64,000 nt of DNA. Origin: Phycisphaerales bacterium (GTDB taxonomy: Bacteria; Planctomycetota; Phycisphaerae; Phycisphaerales; UBA1924). Position 1 is the stretch's first letter. Every line of letters starts with the position of its first letter. The notes beneath the pieces were generated by a model that was given only the letters and a program-made list of their open reading frames with translations, did no database searches and had not been told where the DNA came from. The translations under genes were made by a program, and so were the position numbers. Location: assembly GCA_965227775.1 (NCBI GenBank), contig OZ245777.1:2848001-2912000 (forward strand), read 5' to 3'. Shown here one piece after another: positions 17,761 to 28,302 of this stretch.

Positions 17761-19289
17761 CTGCGTGTGCGAACGACCGCACTCTTGCGGCGTCCACCGT
17801 TGGCGTACTCGACGCGGACACCGCTATCGAGGTCGGCCCGCCGCATAACCGTGATGAGCTGCTCGACAGTGCGCACCTCTCGGTCATCAATCGCCAGGAT
17901 GACATCGCCGGGCTTGAGGCCCAGCGCATCGGCGGGCGTCTGCGGTTCGACCGCGATGACGTACACGCCCTGCCCGGGCATGCCCGGCAGGTTCAGCGGC
18001 ATCGATTCGTCGATGGTCAGGCCCTGCACGCCGAGCGTGTCGACCGTCTGGGCTCGCTCATCGAGGATGCGCTGGAGCTCCGCCTTCTTGGCCTCTTGGG
18101 CCAGACGGATGAGCTGGTCGCCACCGGTCACTTCGGCCTCAAGCCGGAGCACCTGACCATCGCGGATGATCTCGAGGGTCATGGGGGTGCCGGGTCTCGT
18201 CAGGCCGACGAGGTTCCGCAGCCGGTTGAAGTTCTCGGTCTGCCGCCCGTTGATCGAGACGATGATGTCCCCGGGCAGCACGCCCGCCAGGTCGGCCGGG
18301 CCATTCTCGATGACTGTTTGCACGTACACGCCGATCGGCAGGTTGCGGCCAGTCTCGGCGGCGACGTCGGTCGTATTGACGAGGTCACTAACACCGAGGA
18401 AGCCCTGCTCAAGCTGGCCAGTCTCACGGATGTTCTCGAACACGCTGGTGGCGATGGCGCTCGGGATCGCAAAGCCGATGCCCACCGAGCCGCCGCCCGA
18501 AGAAGCGATCATCGAGTTGATGCCCACGAGTTCTCCGTGCAGGTTGACGAGCGGGCCACCACTATTACCCGGGTTGATCGCGGCATCGGTCTGGATGAAC
18601 TCCTCGAAGCGATCGACGCGCTGGCGGGTCGCCATACGCGGCGCGAGACCACTGCGGCCCTTGGCGCTCACGATGCCTGCGGTCACGGTGTGATCGAGCC
18701 CAAAGGGGCTGCCGACCGCGACCACCCAGTCGCCCACCTGCAACGCATCGCTGTCGGCGATGCGCGCGGGCGTCAGGTCGCTCGCGTCGAGCCTGAGCAC
18801 CGCCAGGTCGGTGCCGGGGTCAGACCCGATGATCTGGGCGGCGACCTCTCGACCGTCCGCCAGCGTGACAACGACCTCGTCGGCGCCCTGAATCACATGG
18901 TGATTCGTGAGTGCGTAGCCGTTGGCGGTCACGATGACACCCGAACCCACGCCCGAGGGCAGCGTCTCCTGCTGGCGGGTCACGCGCCCGAAGCGGTCGC
19001 GCACGCGGCGGGTCACCTGGCGAGCGGTCTGGATGTGGATGACCGAGGGCTCGATGGTCTGAGAGGCGTGGCGAAAGACGCGGCTAAGGCTGCCGGCAAA
19101 CGCCACGTCGGCCCGCACCTTCTCGGGCACGTTCTGGTCGGGTGAACCAGCTGGGTCGTTGGCGTAGATGAGGCCAGACGGCGTTGCACGGCCCTGCTGG
19201 GCACCCGCATCTCTGGGGAGCAGCGATGAGGCGATACCAGTTACGGCCACCATGACAACGGCGCAGAGAACGGTCATCCTGATCGACAT
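17757..19289 (-). CDS. HtrA/DegP-family serine protease with two PDZ domains
   Basis: TNHHV, TDLAVL, TDAAINPGNSGGPL; AGGAGG RBS; signal peptide. Confidence 0.93.
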   Translation of the reverse strand: MSIRMTVLCAVVMVAVTGIASSLLPRDAGAQQGRATPSGLIYANDPAGSPDQNVPEKVRADVAFAGSLSRVFRHASQTIEPSVIHIQTARQVTRRVRDRFGRVTRQQETLPSGVGSGVIVTANGYALTNHHVIQGADEVVVTLADGREVAAQIIGSDPGTDLAVLRLDASDLTPARIADSDALQVGDWVVAVGSPFGLDHTVTAGIVSAKGRSGLAPRMATRQRVDRFEEFIQTDAAINPGNSGGPLVNLHGELVGINSMIASSGGGSVGIGFAIPSAIATSVFENIRETGQLEQGFLGVSDLVNTTDVAAETGRNLPIGVYVQTVIENGPADLAGVLPGDIIVSINGRQTENFNRLRNLVGLTRPGTPMTLEIIRDGQVLRLEAEVTGGDQLIRLAQEAKKAELQRILDERAQTVDTLGVQGLTIDESMPLNLPGMPGQGVYVIAVEPQTPADALGLKPGDVILAIDDREVRTVEQLITVMRRADLDSGVRVEYANGGRRKSAVVRTRS

Positions 19290-19412
19290 GCGCACCTCCT
19301 GGAGTGTCTGCACAATGACACTATTGGCCACGCCGTGGCCTTGTTCATAAACATTGGGACGCGCGGCCTTGGCGTTGCTGTCGATAGGAATTTAGTAGGG
19401 TCATACGGACAG

Positions 19413-20123
19413 CTATGTTCCCCGGCGATCGCCAAAGAGCTCGATGTGGAGCCGATGGCAGTACCGCCACCCTCGCTCCATGCACGCATCCACCAACCAG
19501 CCGAGTCCGGCGGGGTCAGGCGTCGAAACACCCTCGGGCATCAGCAGCACGTCTCGTGGATCGACCTCGGCAAGCGTCTCGAGGAGCGATTCAATCTCGG
19601 GCAGGTCAGCCGGCGACGACACCACGAACTTCAGCTGCCGTTGCGGGTGGTCGGCGAGCAGGGCGTGCAAGGCCCCCGGGTTCATGCGACGCTGCTCGTG
19701 CCGCACGGCCAAAGCGCCGCTGGGGTCGCGAGGGTCGCCGGTCGGCGTGCTGTTGGCCAGCTTCGGGCTCAAACTCAGAAGATCGCAGTGGACGGGCATG
19801 TGCACCGTGCCGGCGGTCTCGATGGTGACATGCACGCCCGCATCCGCCAGTCCGCGTGCGAGGTCGGCGATCTCCTTGAAGATCATCGGCTCGCCGCCGG
19901 TGAGCACGGCGTGGCGGACACCACTGGCTCGCGACTCGGCGAGCAGGTCCGTAATCGTGCGTTGCTCGCCCTGAGGATCCCAGCTTGCGTAGGGCGTGTC
20001 GCACCAGCCACACCGAAGGTTGCAACCGGCGACGCGGACGAACCATGAGGGCACGCCCGTCAGCTTGCCCTCACCCTGGATGGACACGAAGGTCTCGGCG
20101 ATGGGCAGTGTCGCCTCGCTCAT
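19413..20123 (-). CDS. queE: 7-carboxy-7-deazaguanine synthase (radical SAM)
   Basis: ETFVSIQGEG, CNLRCGWCDT, LTGGEP, SPKL; ATGA overlap with queC. Confidence 0.92.
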   Translation of the reverse strand: MSEATLPIAETFVSIQGEGKLTGVPSWFVRVAGCNLRCGWCDTPYASWDPQGEQRTITDLLAESRASGVRHAVLTGGEPMIFKEIADLARGLADAGVHVTIETAGTVHMPVHCDLLSLSPKLANSTPTGDPRDPSGALAVRHEQRRMNPGALHALLADHPQRQLKFVVSSPADLPEIESLLETLAEVDPRDVLLMPEGVSTPDPAGLGWLVDACMERGWRYCHRLHIELFGDRRGT

Positions 20124-20809
20124 GCGTACCTCGTTGGATCGGCGACGCCTGCGGCCTCGAAGCCGCGGCGGCGCAGGATGCACGCGTCGCACCGGCCGCA
20201 GGCGAGCGGCCCTTGCTCGTCGCGGATGGGGTCGTAGCACGAGGTGGTGAGCGAGAGATCGGCACCGGCATCCACTCCGGCGCGCACGATGTCGGCCTTG
20301 CTCAGCAACAAGAGCGGTGTGCGAATCGCCAGCGGGCTGGCCTCTTGCGTGCCACGACGCGTCGCGAGCGTTGCCGCCTCGGAGAACGCCTCGATGAAGT
20401 CCGGCCTGCAGTCGGGGTAGCCCGAGTAATCGACCGCGTTCACGCCGATCCACACCTCTTCGGCCTCGAGCGTCTCCGCGTACGCGGTGGCAATCGACAG
20501 GAACACGAAGTTGCGCGCCGGCACGTACGTTGAGGGAATCTCGCCCGAACCGGGGTCGGGCTGGTCCTTGGGAACCGCGCCGCCGGTGGTCAACGCTGAG
20601 CCGGAAAACGGCGCGACATCGAGTGCGTAGACCACATGCGAAGCGGCACCGAGGTTCTTCGCGAGCAAAGCCGCGCACTCAAGCTCAACCTTGTGGCGCT
20701 GGCCGTAATCGAAGGAGAGCGCGTGGCACTCGCGCGATTCCTGCTGCGCGAGCGCAAGGCAGGTGGCGCTGTCAAGTCCGCCGCTGAGGAGCACGACCGC
20801 CCGGGTCAT
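20120..20809 (-). CDS. queC: 7-cyano-7-deazaguanine synthase
   Basis: SGGLDS, YVPARN, YPDCR, SCY...CGRCDAC. Confidence 0.95.
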   Translation of the reverse strand: MTRAVVLLSGGLDSATCLALAQQESRECHALSFDYGQRHKVELECAALLAKNLGAASHVVYALDVAPFSGSALTTGGAVPKDQPDPGSGEIPSTYVPARNFVFLSIATAYAETLEAEEVWIGVNAVDYSGYPDCRPDFIEAFSEAATLATRRGTQEASPLAIRTPLLLLSKADIVRAGVDAGADLSLTTSCYDPIRDEQGPLACGRCDACILRRRGFEAAGVADPTRYA

Positions 20810-21540
20810 CGGGCATCCGCGATCTTCGTCAGGATCGCGCCCCTTGGCGTCGCGCCCAGTTCCTTGAACTTGCGCTCGAAGTTGCTTCCGATGAGACCGC
20901 CCTCGGGTGCTGATGGCAGCTTGGGCAGATCGCCTAACGAGAACGGCGTCGCCTCAAAGCCGTTGGGCACGCCCCGGCACCACGATTCGAACTGCCACTC
21001 ATAGAACGCCCAGAGCTCATCGTGGTCGGTTGCCAGACGCAGCTCGCCGCCCTCTTCGAGCACACGCCAGCAGTCGGCCAGGAAGCCGTCCTGCAGCACG
21101 CGATTCTTGTGGTGCTTTCGCTTGGGCCAGGGGTCGGAGTAGTACAGGTGGATCGTCCGCACGCAGCCGTCGGGCACGCGCCACTTCAGGAAGGCGACCG
21201 CATCGCCGCGCAAGACGCGTGCGTTCGCGAGCACGCCCGAGTCTCTGTGCCTACGCACGCGGTCGGCGGTGTAGAAGTAAACGTCGGGGTCCTGCTCGAT
21301 CGCGAGGAAGTTGCTCCCGGGCCGCTCACGCGCAGCCTCAACAAGATAGCCACCCTTGCCGGGGCCAACCTCGATCTCCAGGGGTCGCTCTGGGTGATCA
21401 AACCAACGCGACGGATCGGCCTTCGCGGCATCGGGGCGCACGAGCAGATCATCGGGAAGGCTGCCGAGTTCCTCCTTGGCGACCCCCACCACGCCCGGCG
21501 CGTCGTCGAGGGCCTTGCCACGTCCCAGGTCGCTTGGCAT
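20806..21540 (-). CDS. trmB: tRNA (guanine46-N7) methyltransferase
   Basis: EVGPGKG, YSDPWPKRKHHKNR, LATDH, SNFERKF. Confidence 0.88.
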   Translation of the reverse strand: MPSDLGRGKALDDAPGVVGVAKEELGSLPDDLLVRPDAAKADPSRWFDHPERPLEIEVGPGKGGYLVEAARERPGSNFLAIEQDPDVYFYTADRVRRHRDSGVLANARVLRGDAVAFLKWRVPDGCVRTIHLYYSDPWPKRKHHKNRVLQDGFLADCWRVLEEGGELRLATDHDELWAFYEWQFESWCRGVPNGFEATPFSLGDLPKLPSAPEGGLIGSNFERKFKELGATPRGAILTKIADAR

Positions 21541-22139
21541 CAGCCCGCCTCCGCGGCTGTCAGGGTCTTGCTCAAGATGAGGCTCTGGTAGTTGGTGTAG
21601 GGCCACTGCCAGGTCTGCACCACGCGGTATCCTCGTCGCTCGTAGTACCCGCGCAGCGGTACGTCGGGCTCGGCCATACTGAGCGCCAGCTCTCGCGCAC
21701 CAATTTCGAGCGTTGCTTGTTCCACTTGGGCCAGCAAAGCAGAACCCACCCCGCCGCGCTGCAGCGACGGATCGACGGCAAACTGCGAGAAGTGGGTCAC
21801 GTCGGACCGCAGGAACCAGGGCGGGAAGGCCGCATCCTCGCGTTCCTGGAAGAGGATGGCCCCGAGCAAGCGCTCGGCAAACCGGGCCGAGGGCGGGCCG
21901 CCGGCCGGCCTGAGAGCAACGAACGTCTGGCCGCGGTAGCACCGCTGGCGGGTGATCTCGACGGATTGGCGGCCGGCCAGCGGATCCATGCCTCGGTCGC
22001 GCTGATTCTTGTATGAGCGATGCAGCAACTCCGTGATCGGCGCGATCGGGTCGGTCGCCAGCAACGGGCGCACTTCGACCTTGGGTGCGGCGGCCACGGC
22101 CGGCGGGGCTTGGGGTTGGCTTGTGTCAGGTTCGGCCAT
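21540..22139 (-). CDS. GNAT-family N-acetyltransferase
   Basis: FAVDPSLQRGGVGSALL acetyl-CoA motif, YYERRGY. Confidence 0.85.
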   Translation of the reverse strand: MAEPDTSQPQAPPAVAAAPKVEVRPLLATDPIAPITELLHRSYKNQRDRGMDPLAGRQSVEITRQRCYRGQTFVALRPAGGPPSARFAERLLGAILFQEREDAAFPPWFLRSDVTHFSQFAVDPSLQRGGVGSALLAQVEQATLEIGARELALSMAEPDVPLRGYYERRGYRVVQTWQWPYTNYQSLILSKTLTAAEAG

Positions 22140-22211
22140 GCGGCGAGCCGTCGCCTCCTTCGTCGAGCGCGAACATGTTCGTGCGGGAAACGGTAACGCT
22201 AGACTCGCCGC

Positions 22212-22679
22212 GTGCCCGCAACGAACCCCAACCATGCCGTTCTCGAGGGGCGTTCATCGCTCACGGAGGTCCGCGTGCGGTACTGCGAGTGCGATCCCAT
22301 GGGGGTTGCCCACCATGCGAGCTTCGTGCCCTGGCTGGAGATGGCCCGAACCGAGGCCCTGCGGGCGGCAGGCAAGACGTACGCCCAGATGGAGGCCTCC
22401 GGTGTGTTCCTGGTGGTGACGAGGCTGGAAATCTCGTACAAGCGCCCTGCGCGATATGACGACGTGCTCCGCATCGCATGCAGGGCGAGTATCGCCGGCC
22501 GGGCCCGTCTGCGGCACGACTACGAGATCCATGTCTCCGAGCCGGGCGATGGTGACACCGGGCGTGTGGGAGATCGGCCCTTGGTGACTGCGACGACCGA
22601 GCTGGCCTGCGTGGACGCGAGCGGGCGGCCCACCCCAATGCCGGCGTGGCTTGTCGAGATCGTCGAGGCACGGACGTAG
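22212..22679 (+). CDS. acyl-CoA thioesterase (YbgC/FadM hot-dog fold)
   Basis: VRYCECDPMGVAHH, YKRPARYDD. Confidence 0.88.
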   Translation: MPATNPNHAVLEGRSSLTEVRVRYCECDPMGVAHHASFVPWLEMARTEALRAAGKTYAQMEASGVFLVVTRLEISYKRPARYDDVLRIACRASIAGRARLRHDYEIHVSEPGDGDTGRVGDRPLVTATTELACVDASGRPTPMPAWLVEIVEART

Positions 22680-22704
22680 CAGAGGCCGACCCCACGGAGC
22701 ACGC

Positions 22705-25700
22705 ATGGCCCGACGTTCGGACGAATCTGACACGCCGAAGAAGCAGCGATCGTGGCTGCGCCGGTGGTTCGTCCGCCTCGTGCTCTTTGCCATCATCTTC
22801 GGCGTGCTCGGCGCGATAGCCGGCGGGCTGCTACTGACCCCGGCGGCGGGCGTCGTGCTTCGGCCCAAGCTGGCACAGGAACTCGGCGTGCGTGTCGAGG
22901 GTGGGTCGCTCAAGCTCGATATGGGCGGCGACATCATCATCCGCGACGTGATGTTCCGCACGCCCGAACCTGTGGAGGCGACCGACCCTCGGGGCGAGGC
23001 ATCCAAGATACTGCACGTCAGGAGCGGGCGCATCCTGCTCGCCTGGCGCGGCAAGCTACGGGGAGCGCCGCTGGTACGACGCGTCGAGGTGTTCGACGCG
23101 GACGTTCGCCTCACCAAGCCGTTCGACGACTTCGACCTCAACATCCTGTCCATCGAGCCGCCGACCGGAAGCGGCACCGGAGGCGATCCACTACCGAGCA
23201 TCATCGTGCATCGCGCCAGCGTTCTGCTCGGCGAGCACGATCGCGATGGCAACATCACGGAGCTGCGCACGCTGCCCATCGTCGCGTCGTTGCGCAATTC
23301 TCGTGAGATGCCCGGCGCGTTCGATGTCACGGCGTTCGAAGACCCGAAGCTCAGCACGAGCGCGAAGCCGTTGAGATTCGAGGGTCAGCTTGGGCCCGAC
23401 GGATTCAGGGGGACGCTCGGCGGCATCGACATGGCGGACTTCCCCCCCACCGCGATCCCGCTGCAGCTCCGCGAAGCGTACGAGAATCTGCGCATCGGGG
23501 GGCGCACGCGCGGCGCAACCGTCCGGTACGACGAAGCCACAGACGTGCTGGAACTCGTGCTCGACGTGCGGGCCGGATCATCGCTCCAGGCGCCCTTCCC
23601 TGAGGACACCGACATCGACGCGCGGCTGGACCTGCGTGTGCCGGTGCCCGTTGATGAGGAGGGCACGCTGCGGCCGCTCATCCCCACAAGCGGCAGCGGC
23701 TTGGTCCGGCTCGTGCAAAGGCCGGCGCCCTCGAGCGGACAGGTTGTGCCGTGGAGCACTCTGCAGGCCCCGCCCGAGCCGGGCGAACCGGGCGTCGGCA
23801 AGCGCACGCTGATGCTTGAGGGCAATCTGAGCAGCACGATCGAAGACCTTGACGTCGATATTGAGGTGCGGCTGTGGCTGGGCAACGGCGAGCCGCTGTA
23901 CGAGTTCGAGGTCGCCACAATTGAGCCCTACCGCTTCTCGACAGAGGCGCCGTGGCTGCAACGACCGGCACCCGTGCTGGAAAAGGTCTCCCAGGTGCTC
24001 GGGCTGTTCGAGCCGAGCGGCGTTGTGTCGCTCTCGGCCAGCGTGTCACAAGTAGCCGACGGAGACGGCGTCCGGCAGGATGTCACCGGCCGGGGAGCGA
24101 TCCGCGATGCGGGGATGCGGTTCAAGTACTTCCCGTATCCCGTGCGCGGGGTCAGCGGCTCCGTCGAGATCGATGACGGCACGATCCGCCTCCTGGGCCT
24201 GCGCGGCGCGACGCCGGGCGGCGCGCCGGTGATCGCATCGACGATCATCACACTCGATGAGATTGCCACCGGCGTCGAGGTCGACGTGCGGGCCAACGGC
24301 GTCACATTCGACCAGACGCTGCAGGAAACCCTCGATCGAATTGCGCCCGAGATCCGCGAGATCGTCCTGAATGAAGCCGCGTTGCAGGATCTGTACGCCC
24401 AGGGGCTCGTGCGACGCCCGGGCACGCCAGGACGGGCTCCCGAGTTCTCGCTTGGTGGCCGGGCCGACGCGCACGTACAAGTGAAGCGGCAGACGGGCGT
24501 CGACAACAGCACGACGGTGCACGTCGAAGTCCGCAGCAACGAGCTCAGCTTGCTGCCCGAGGCCTTCCCGGTACCTCTCCTCGCACGGGACGTGCTGCTG
24601 ACTGTCGACGTGCCATCGGAGCAGGACACAATCCTGAAAGGAAAGCCGCGCAGCGTCCGTGTTGCCGTACAAGACGCTGGCGCGACGACCCTCGCGGGGG
24701 GCAGCGGTGCCACGAGCGTTATCGTCGAGGTGCCAATCGATGATCCGCCCGGAGTTGATCGCTCTACCACGGTTGACGTCTCGATTGATGCGGCTGGTGT
24801 GCCCATCCATGCTGCATTGCTAGCCGCGGTACCCGACAGCAACGATGAAGACAGCGGGCCACGCAAGCTGCTCGAGGACCTGGGCCCCCGCGGCAACATT
24901 GATGCGCAAGTGCGCGTGACGCGTGATTCGGCCGGCGACCTGGACTGGTGGGCCGAGATCCAGCCGCAGCTCGCCACGCTCAGCCCTCAAGCGATCGAGC
25001 GGCGCCGCCCACTTGTGATCAACAGCGTGGGCGGATCGTTCCGTGTCGATGGCGAGGGGCTCAGCGGCGAATTGACCGGTGAGGCATCGGTCGGCGGCCG
25101 TGTCAACGCGAACGTGCGGGCAGACTTTGAAGACGATTCTGTGCTCGCTGTCGTGACCACCCAAGACCTGAACCTGCAATCGCCCGTCGAGGACGCGGTG
25201 GCCGTGTTTGCGCCGGATCTTGCAGAAGATCTCTCCGTCGCACGCGACATGTTCGACGTACGAGGCTTTGCCGACCTTGCCACAAGCGTTCGAAAGGTCG
25301 GCGAGGATATGTCGGCCGAGGTTCGCGTGTCTCGGGTCGACGGGTTGCGCTTCGACTGGCTCGGTGGTCGCATTGGGCTTGATGAGGGACGCGGCTCGAT
25401 CATCGTTTCGACCGGTGACGAGGGGCCGATGGTCGCGTTCGATCGCGTGCTGGGCGAAGGCAGTTTCGAGGGCGAGCCGATCGGACGCGTGAGGATGCGG
25501 GGCGAGATACCGCTCAATGCGTTGCGCGAGCAGGGCAGTGTGGTGACGCGATCGACAACGCTCGACCTGGAGATCCAAGGCGGAAGGCTCGAGTCGAGAC
25601 TGCTGCGCCGCCTCGCGAGCAACCGTGACGCGCGCGAGGGCGGGTCATTTCTGGACCGCTGGGACGTACGCGGCGAGTATGACGCGCTCGTCGCTCTGCG

Positions 25701-27159
25701 GACGGCGGCGTACGGAGGCACAGGACCTGGTGAGTCACCGCTCCGCGAGTTCGAGATCTCGCCATACGACATTTCGCTCGTGCGCGACGGTGAGCGGTAC
25801 TTCGTGCCCTGGGCCAGTGGCGTGGTCATCGGGCGAGAGATGAAACCAAGCGAGGCGGGCCCGGGCGGCGAATCCGAGTACTCCGGAGAGATTGAGTCGC
25901 TCGTGCTGGGCGGCGACGACTGGTGGGTTTCGCTCGACGGCTACTGGTGGGCCGAGGGTGGCCAACGCAGCGAGGTCGAAGTGAGCCTCGACGGGCAGAT
26001 CCGTGCCAGCGAATCTGGGTTCGGTCGCGTCAACGGGGTTCCTGAGTCGATCCTGGGCATCATGCCTCCCGGTGTGGGACGGTCGCTCGACGCGATGGAC
26101 GCGGTGAGCCTGGGCGCGATGTCGATCGAAGAAGGTCGGCTGCGCATCCTGACGCAAGCCGACCGAGACACACGGATCGAGGCCGATGCGCTGCTGGGCG
26201 TCGAACACGTGGTCCTTGGGACGCGCGCCGCCGTCGAAGAGGGCGAAGATGCGTCGACCGCGCATCGCCCCATCGCGGTCCTGCGTCAAGCGGCTATCGC
26301 CATCGTCAGCGACACCGAGCACCCGACACTTCGGGCGGCGGTTGATCTTTCCGCGGCAGAGGGAACCTGCTGGGGCCTTGATGTGACCGAGGCCCAACTG
26401 CTGGCAGACGTGCGCCGTAGCGGCATCGTCTCGCTACCGGTCATCCGGGCGGTCGCGGGCGGTGGGCGCGTCGCCGGCCGTGGCACGGTGACGCTCAGCG
26501 AGGTCGAGGATGAGCGGGCCCGATACGCGGTCGACCTTGCCGGCTCCGGGCTGTACACCGAACGTGTTCTGGCGGCGCTGCAGGATCGCGAGCCCGAAGC
26601 CGTTCGTGGCGCGGGAGACCTCGACCTTTCGCTGGGTCTCGAAGGACGCGTCGGCTCGCGCGACCAATACCGCGGCCGCGGCTCGATGCGCATACGTGGT
26701 GGGGCTCCGGTCGAGTTGCCGCTCGCTATCCGCGCCGCCGTCGAAGCGTTGAACGTCAAGTTCGGGGCCAACGAGTACGACGCGATGAACGGCGACTTCT
26801 ACGTCCAGGACGGGACGCTCACCTTCACACGCCTGGCCGTGAGTTCGGACTCGGTGATCCTCGACGGCCTGGGCACGGTCGACCTGGAGGGAGGCACGCT
26901 CGACATGAGCATCACCACTCGACCAATGAGGGACAACGCCTTCCGCTCATTCGTAAGGTCGCTGCGAGACGTCATCGTCGCCGTCAATCTCCGCGGCACG
27001 CTCGACAAGCCCGCACCCGCGCCCAAACCCCAGGCGCTCGTTGGGCCGCTTGACCGGCTCCGGCGGATGATCCAGGGCGGGCAGAACTACGACGAGTGGT
27101 CGAAGGAGCGCTTGCGGCGGTACTCGCAGCAGCGCGGCGAGCCCGACAGCGGCTGGTAG
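22705..27159 (+). CDS. very large membrane-anchored beta-rich protein, AsmA-like
   Basis: N-terminal basic segment plus TM, then about 1450 aa of amphipathic beta strands, C-terminal GxVDL...L.GTLDKP pattern. Confidence 0.6.
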   Translation: MARRSDESDTPKKQRSWLRRWFVRLVLFAIIFGVLGAIAGGLLLTPAAGVVLRPKLAQELGVRVEGGSLKLDMGGDIIIRDVMFRTPEPVEATDPRGEASKILHVRSGRILLAWRGKLRGAPLVRRVEVFDADVRLTKPFDDFDLNILSIEPPTGSGTGGDPLPSIIVHRASVLLGEHDRDGNITELRTLPIVASLRNSREMPGAFDVTAFEDPKLSTSAKPLRFEGQLGPDGFRGTLGGIDMADFPPTAIPLQLREAYENLRIGGRTRGATVRYDEATDVLELVLDVRAGSSLQAPFPEDTDIDARLDLRVPVPVDEEGTLRPLIPTSGSGLVRLVQRPAPSSGQVVPWSTLQAPPEPGEPGVGKRTLMLEGNLSSTIEDLDVDIEVRLWLGNGEPLYEFEVATIEPYRFSTEAPWLQRPAPVLEKVSQVLGLFEPSGVVSLSASVSQVADGDGVRQDVTGRGAIRDAGMRFKYFPYPVRGVSGSVEIDDGTIRLLGLRGATPGGAPVIASTIITLDEIATGVEVDVRANGVTFDQTLQETLDRIAPEIREIVLNEAALQDLYAQGLVRRPGTPGRAPEFSLGGRADAHVQVKRQTGVDNSTTVHVEVRSNELSLLPEAFPVPLLARDVLLTVDVPSEQDTILKGKPRSVRVAVQDAGATTLAGGSGATSVIVEVPIDDPPGVDRSTTVDVSIDAAGVPIHAALLAAVPDSNDEDSGPRKLLEDLGPRGNIDAQVRVTRDSAGDLDWWAEIQPQLATLSPQAIERRRPLVINSVGGSFRVDGEGLSGELTGEASVGGRVNANVRADFEDDSVLAVVTTQDLNLQSPVEDAVAVFAPDLAEDLSVARDMFDVRGFADLATSVRKVGEDMSAEVRVSRVDGLRFDWLGGRIGLDEGRGSIIVSTGDEGPMVAFDRVLGEGSFEGEPIGRVRMRGEIPLNALREQGSVVTRSTTLDLEIQGGRLESRLLRRLASNRDAREGGSFLDRWDVRGEYDALVALRTAAYGGTGPGESPLREFEISPYDISLVRDGERYFVPWASGVVIGREMKPSEAGPGGESEYSGEIESLVLGGDDWWVSLDGYWWAEGGQRSEVEVSLDGQIRASESGFGRVNGVPESILGIMPPGVGRSLDAMDAVSLGAMSIEEGRLRILTQADRDTRIEADALLGVEHVVLGTRAAVEEGEDASTAHRPIAVLRQAAIAIVSDTEHPTLRAAVDLSAAEGTCWGLDVTEAQLLADVRRSGIVSLPVIRAVAGGGRVAGRGTVTLSEVEDERARYAVDLAGSGLYTERVLAALQDREPEAVRGAGDLDLSLGLEGRVGSRDQYRGRGSMRIRGGAPVELPLAIRAAVEALNVKFGANEYDAMNGDFYVQDGTLTFTRLAVSSDSVILDGLGTVDLEGGTLDMSITTRPMRDNAFRSFVRSLRDVIVAVNLRGTLDKPAPAPKPQALVGPLDRLRRMIQGGQNYDEWSKERLRRYSQQRGEPDSGW

Positions 27160-27216
27160 GCACCAACCGCCGCAGCACTGTCGCGCGGGCCGCCCCCCCG
27201 GCTACCCTATGGGCCC

Positions 27217-28296
27217 ATGCAGGAAGGCACCGAACGCGGCACGATCAACGAACGCCCCACGCCCAACCCCAGGGCCGACTGGCAAGCCATTGGCAAGCGA
27301 ATCGATGAGCTTGTTGAGATGGTCGCGCCTGACAACACCGAGGCGTTTGATCGCAAGCTCGTTGCCGAGCTCATGGCGGCCGGGCTGAAGCTCCTCCCCG
27401 ACGGCCGCAATAGGGGAGAGCTCAAGCTGCTGACCGCCGCCATGAAGGAGCTGCGGTACGCCTATCGGGTCTTCGGGCGATACGAGCAAGCCCAAAAGAT
27501 CACGATCTTCGGCTCGGCCCGCACGCCGGAGGACCACCCCGACTTCGAGTCATGCGTCGAATTCTCGAAGGAGATGGCCGAGGCCGGTTGGATGGTCATC
27601 ACCGGCGCGGGCGACGGCATCATGAAGGCCGGACACGTTGGGCCGGGCAAGGCCGCCAGCTTCGGCGTGGCGATCCGGCTTCCCTTCGAGACCACCGCCA
27701 ACACGGTCATCCACGGCGATGAGAAGCTCATCCACTTTCGATACTTCTTCACGCGCAAGCTCATGTTCCTGTCGCAAGCCCAAGCCGTCGCCCTCTTCCC
27801 GGGCGGCTTCGGCACGATGGACGAAGCGTACGAAACGCTCACACTCATCCAGACCGGCAAGAGCGGCATGATCCCGATCGTGATGCTCGAGGGCGGTGGC
27901 GGCGGGTATTGGGACGAGTTCCATGCCTTCGCCCGAAACGCGCTGCTGAGCCGCCAGATGATCAGCGAGGACGACACGTCGCTGTACTACCACGCCACGA
28001 GCCCTCGCGACGCTGTCAAGCACGTGCTGGATTTCTATCGAAACTACCACAGCTCTCGGTACGCGGGCGATGAGCTCATCATCCGCGTCCGCCGCCGGTT
28101 GAGCGAAGAGCATCTGGCCACGCTCAACGACGAATTTGATCGTCTCGTCAAAGAGGGCCAGATCCGCCAGGGTGGGCCGCACGAATATGAGGACGAGTTC
28201 CTCGACCTCCCACGGATTAGCTTTACCCATACCCGCCGAGATTTCGGGCTTGTTCGCAAGCTCATCGACCGAATCAACCAGCTCGACGCGTCCTGA
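27217..28296 (+). CDS. LOG-family (TIGR00730-like) nucleotide phosphoribohydrolase
   Basis: IFGSAR, TGAGDGIM, YFFTRK, PGGFGTMDE. Confidence 0.88.
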   Translation: MQEGTERGTINERPTPNPRADWQAIGKRIDELVEMVAPDNTEAFDRKLVAELMAAGLKLLPDGRNRGELKLLTAAMKELRYAYRVFGRYEQAQKITIFGSARTPEDHPDFESCVEFSKEMAEAGWMVITGAGDGIMKAGHVGPGKAASFGVAIRLPFETTANTVIHGDEKLIHFRYFFTRKLMFLSQAQAVALFPGGFGTMDEAYETLTLIQTGKSGMIPIVMLEGGGGGYWDEFHAFARNALLSRQMISEDDTSLYYHATSPRDAVKHVLDFYRNYHSSRYAGDELIIRVRRRLSEEHLATLNDEFDRLVKEGQIRQGGPHEYEDEFLDLPRISFTHTRRDFGLVRKLIDRINQLDAS

Positions 28297-28302
28297 CCAA
28301 CC

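Noticed and set aside
19413..20809. queC/queE as a Dpd DNA-modification or QatC-type defence locus
   Set aside because: No dpdA/tgt paralogue, helicase or nuclease nearby; the context is tRNA modification (trmB)
22167..22184. Palindrome CGAACATGTTCG as a LexA (Cheo) box
   Set aside because: The spacer is 2 nt rather than GAAC-N4-GTTC, and the flanking genes are not SOS-like; it could still be another site
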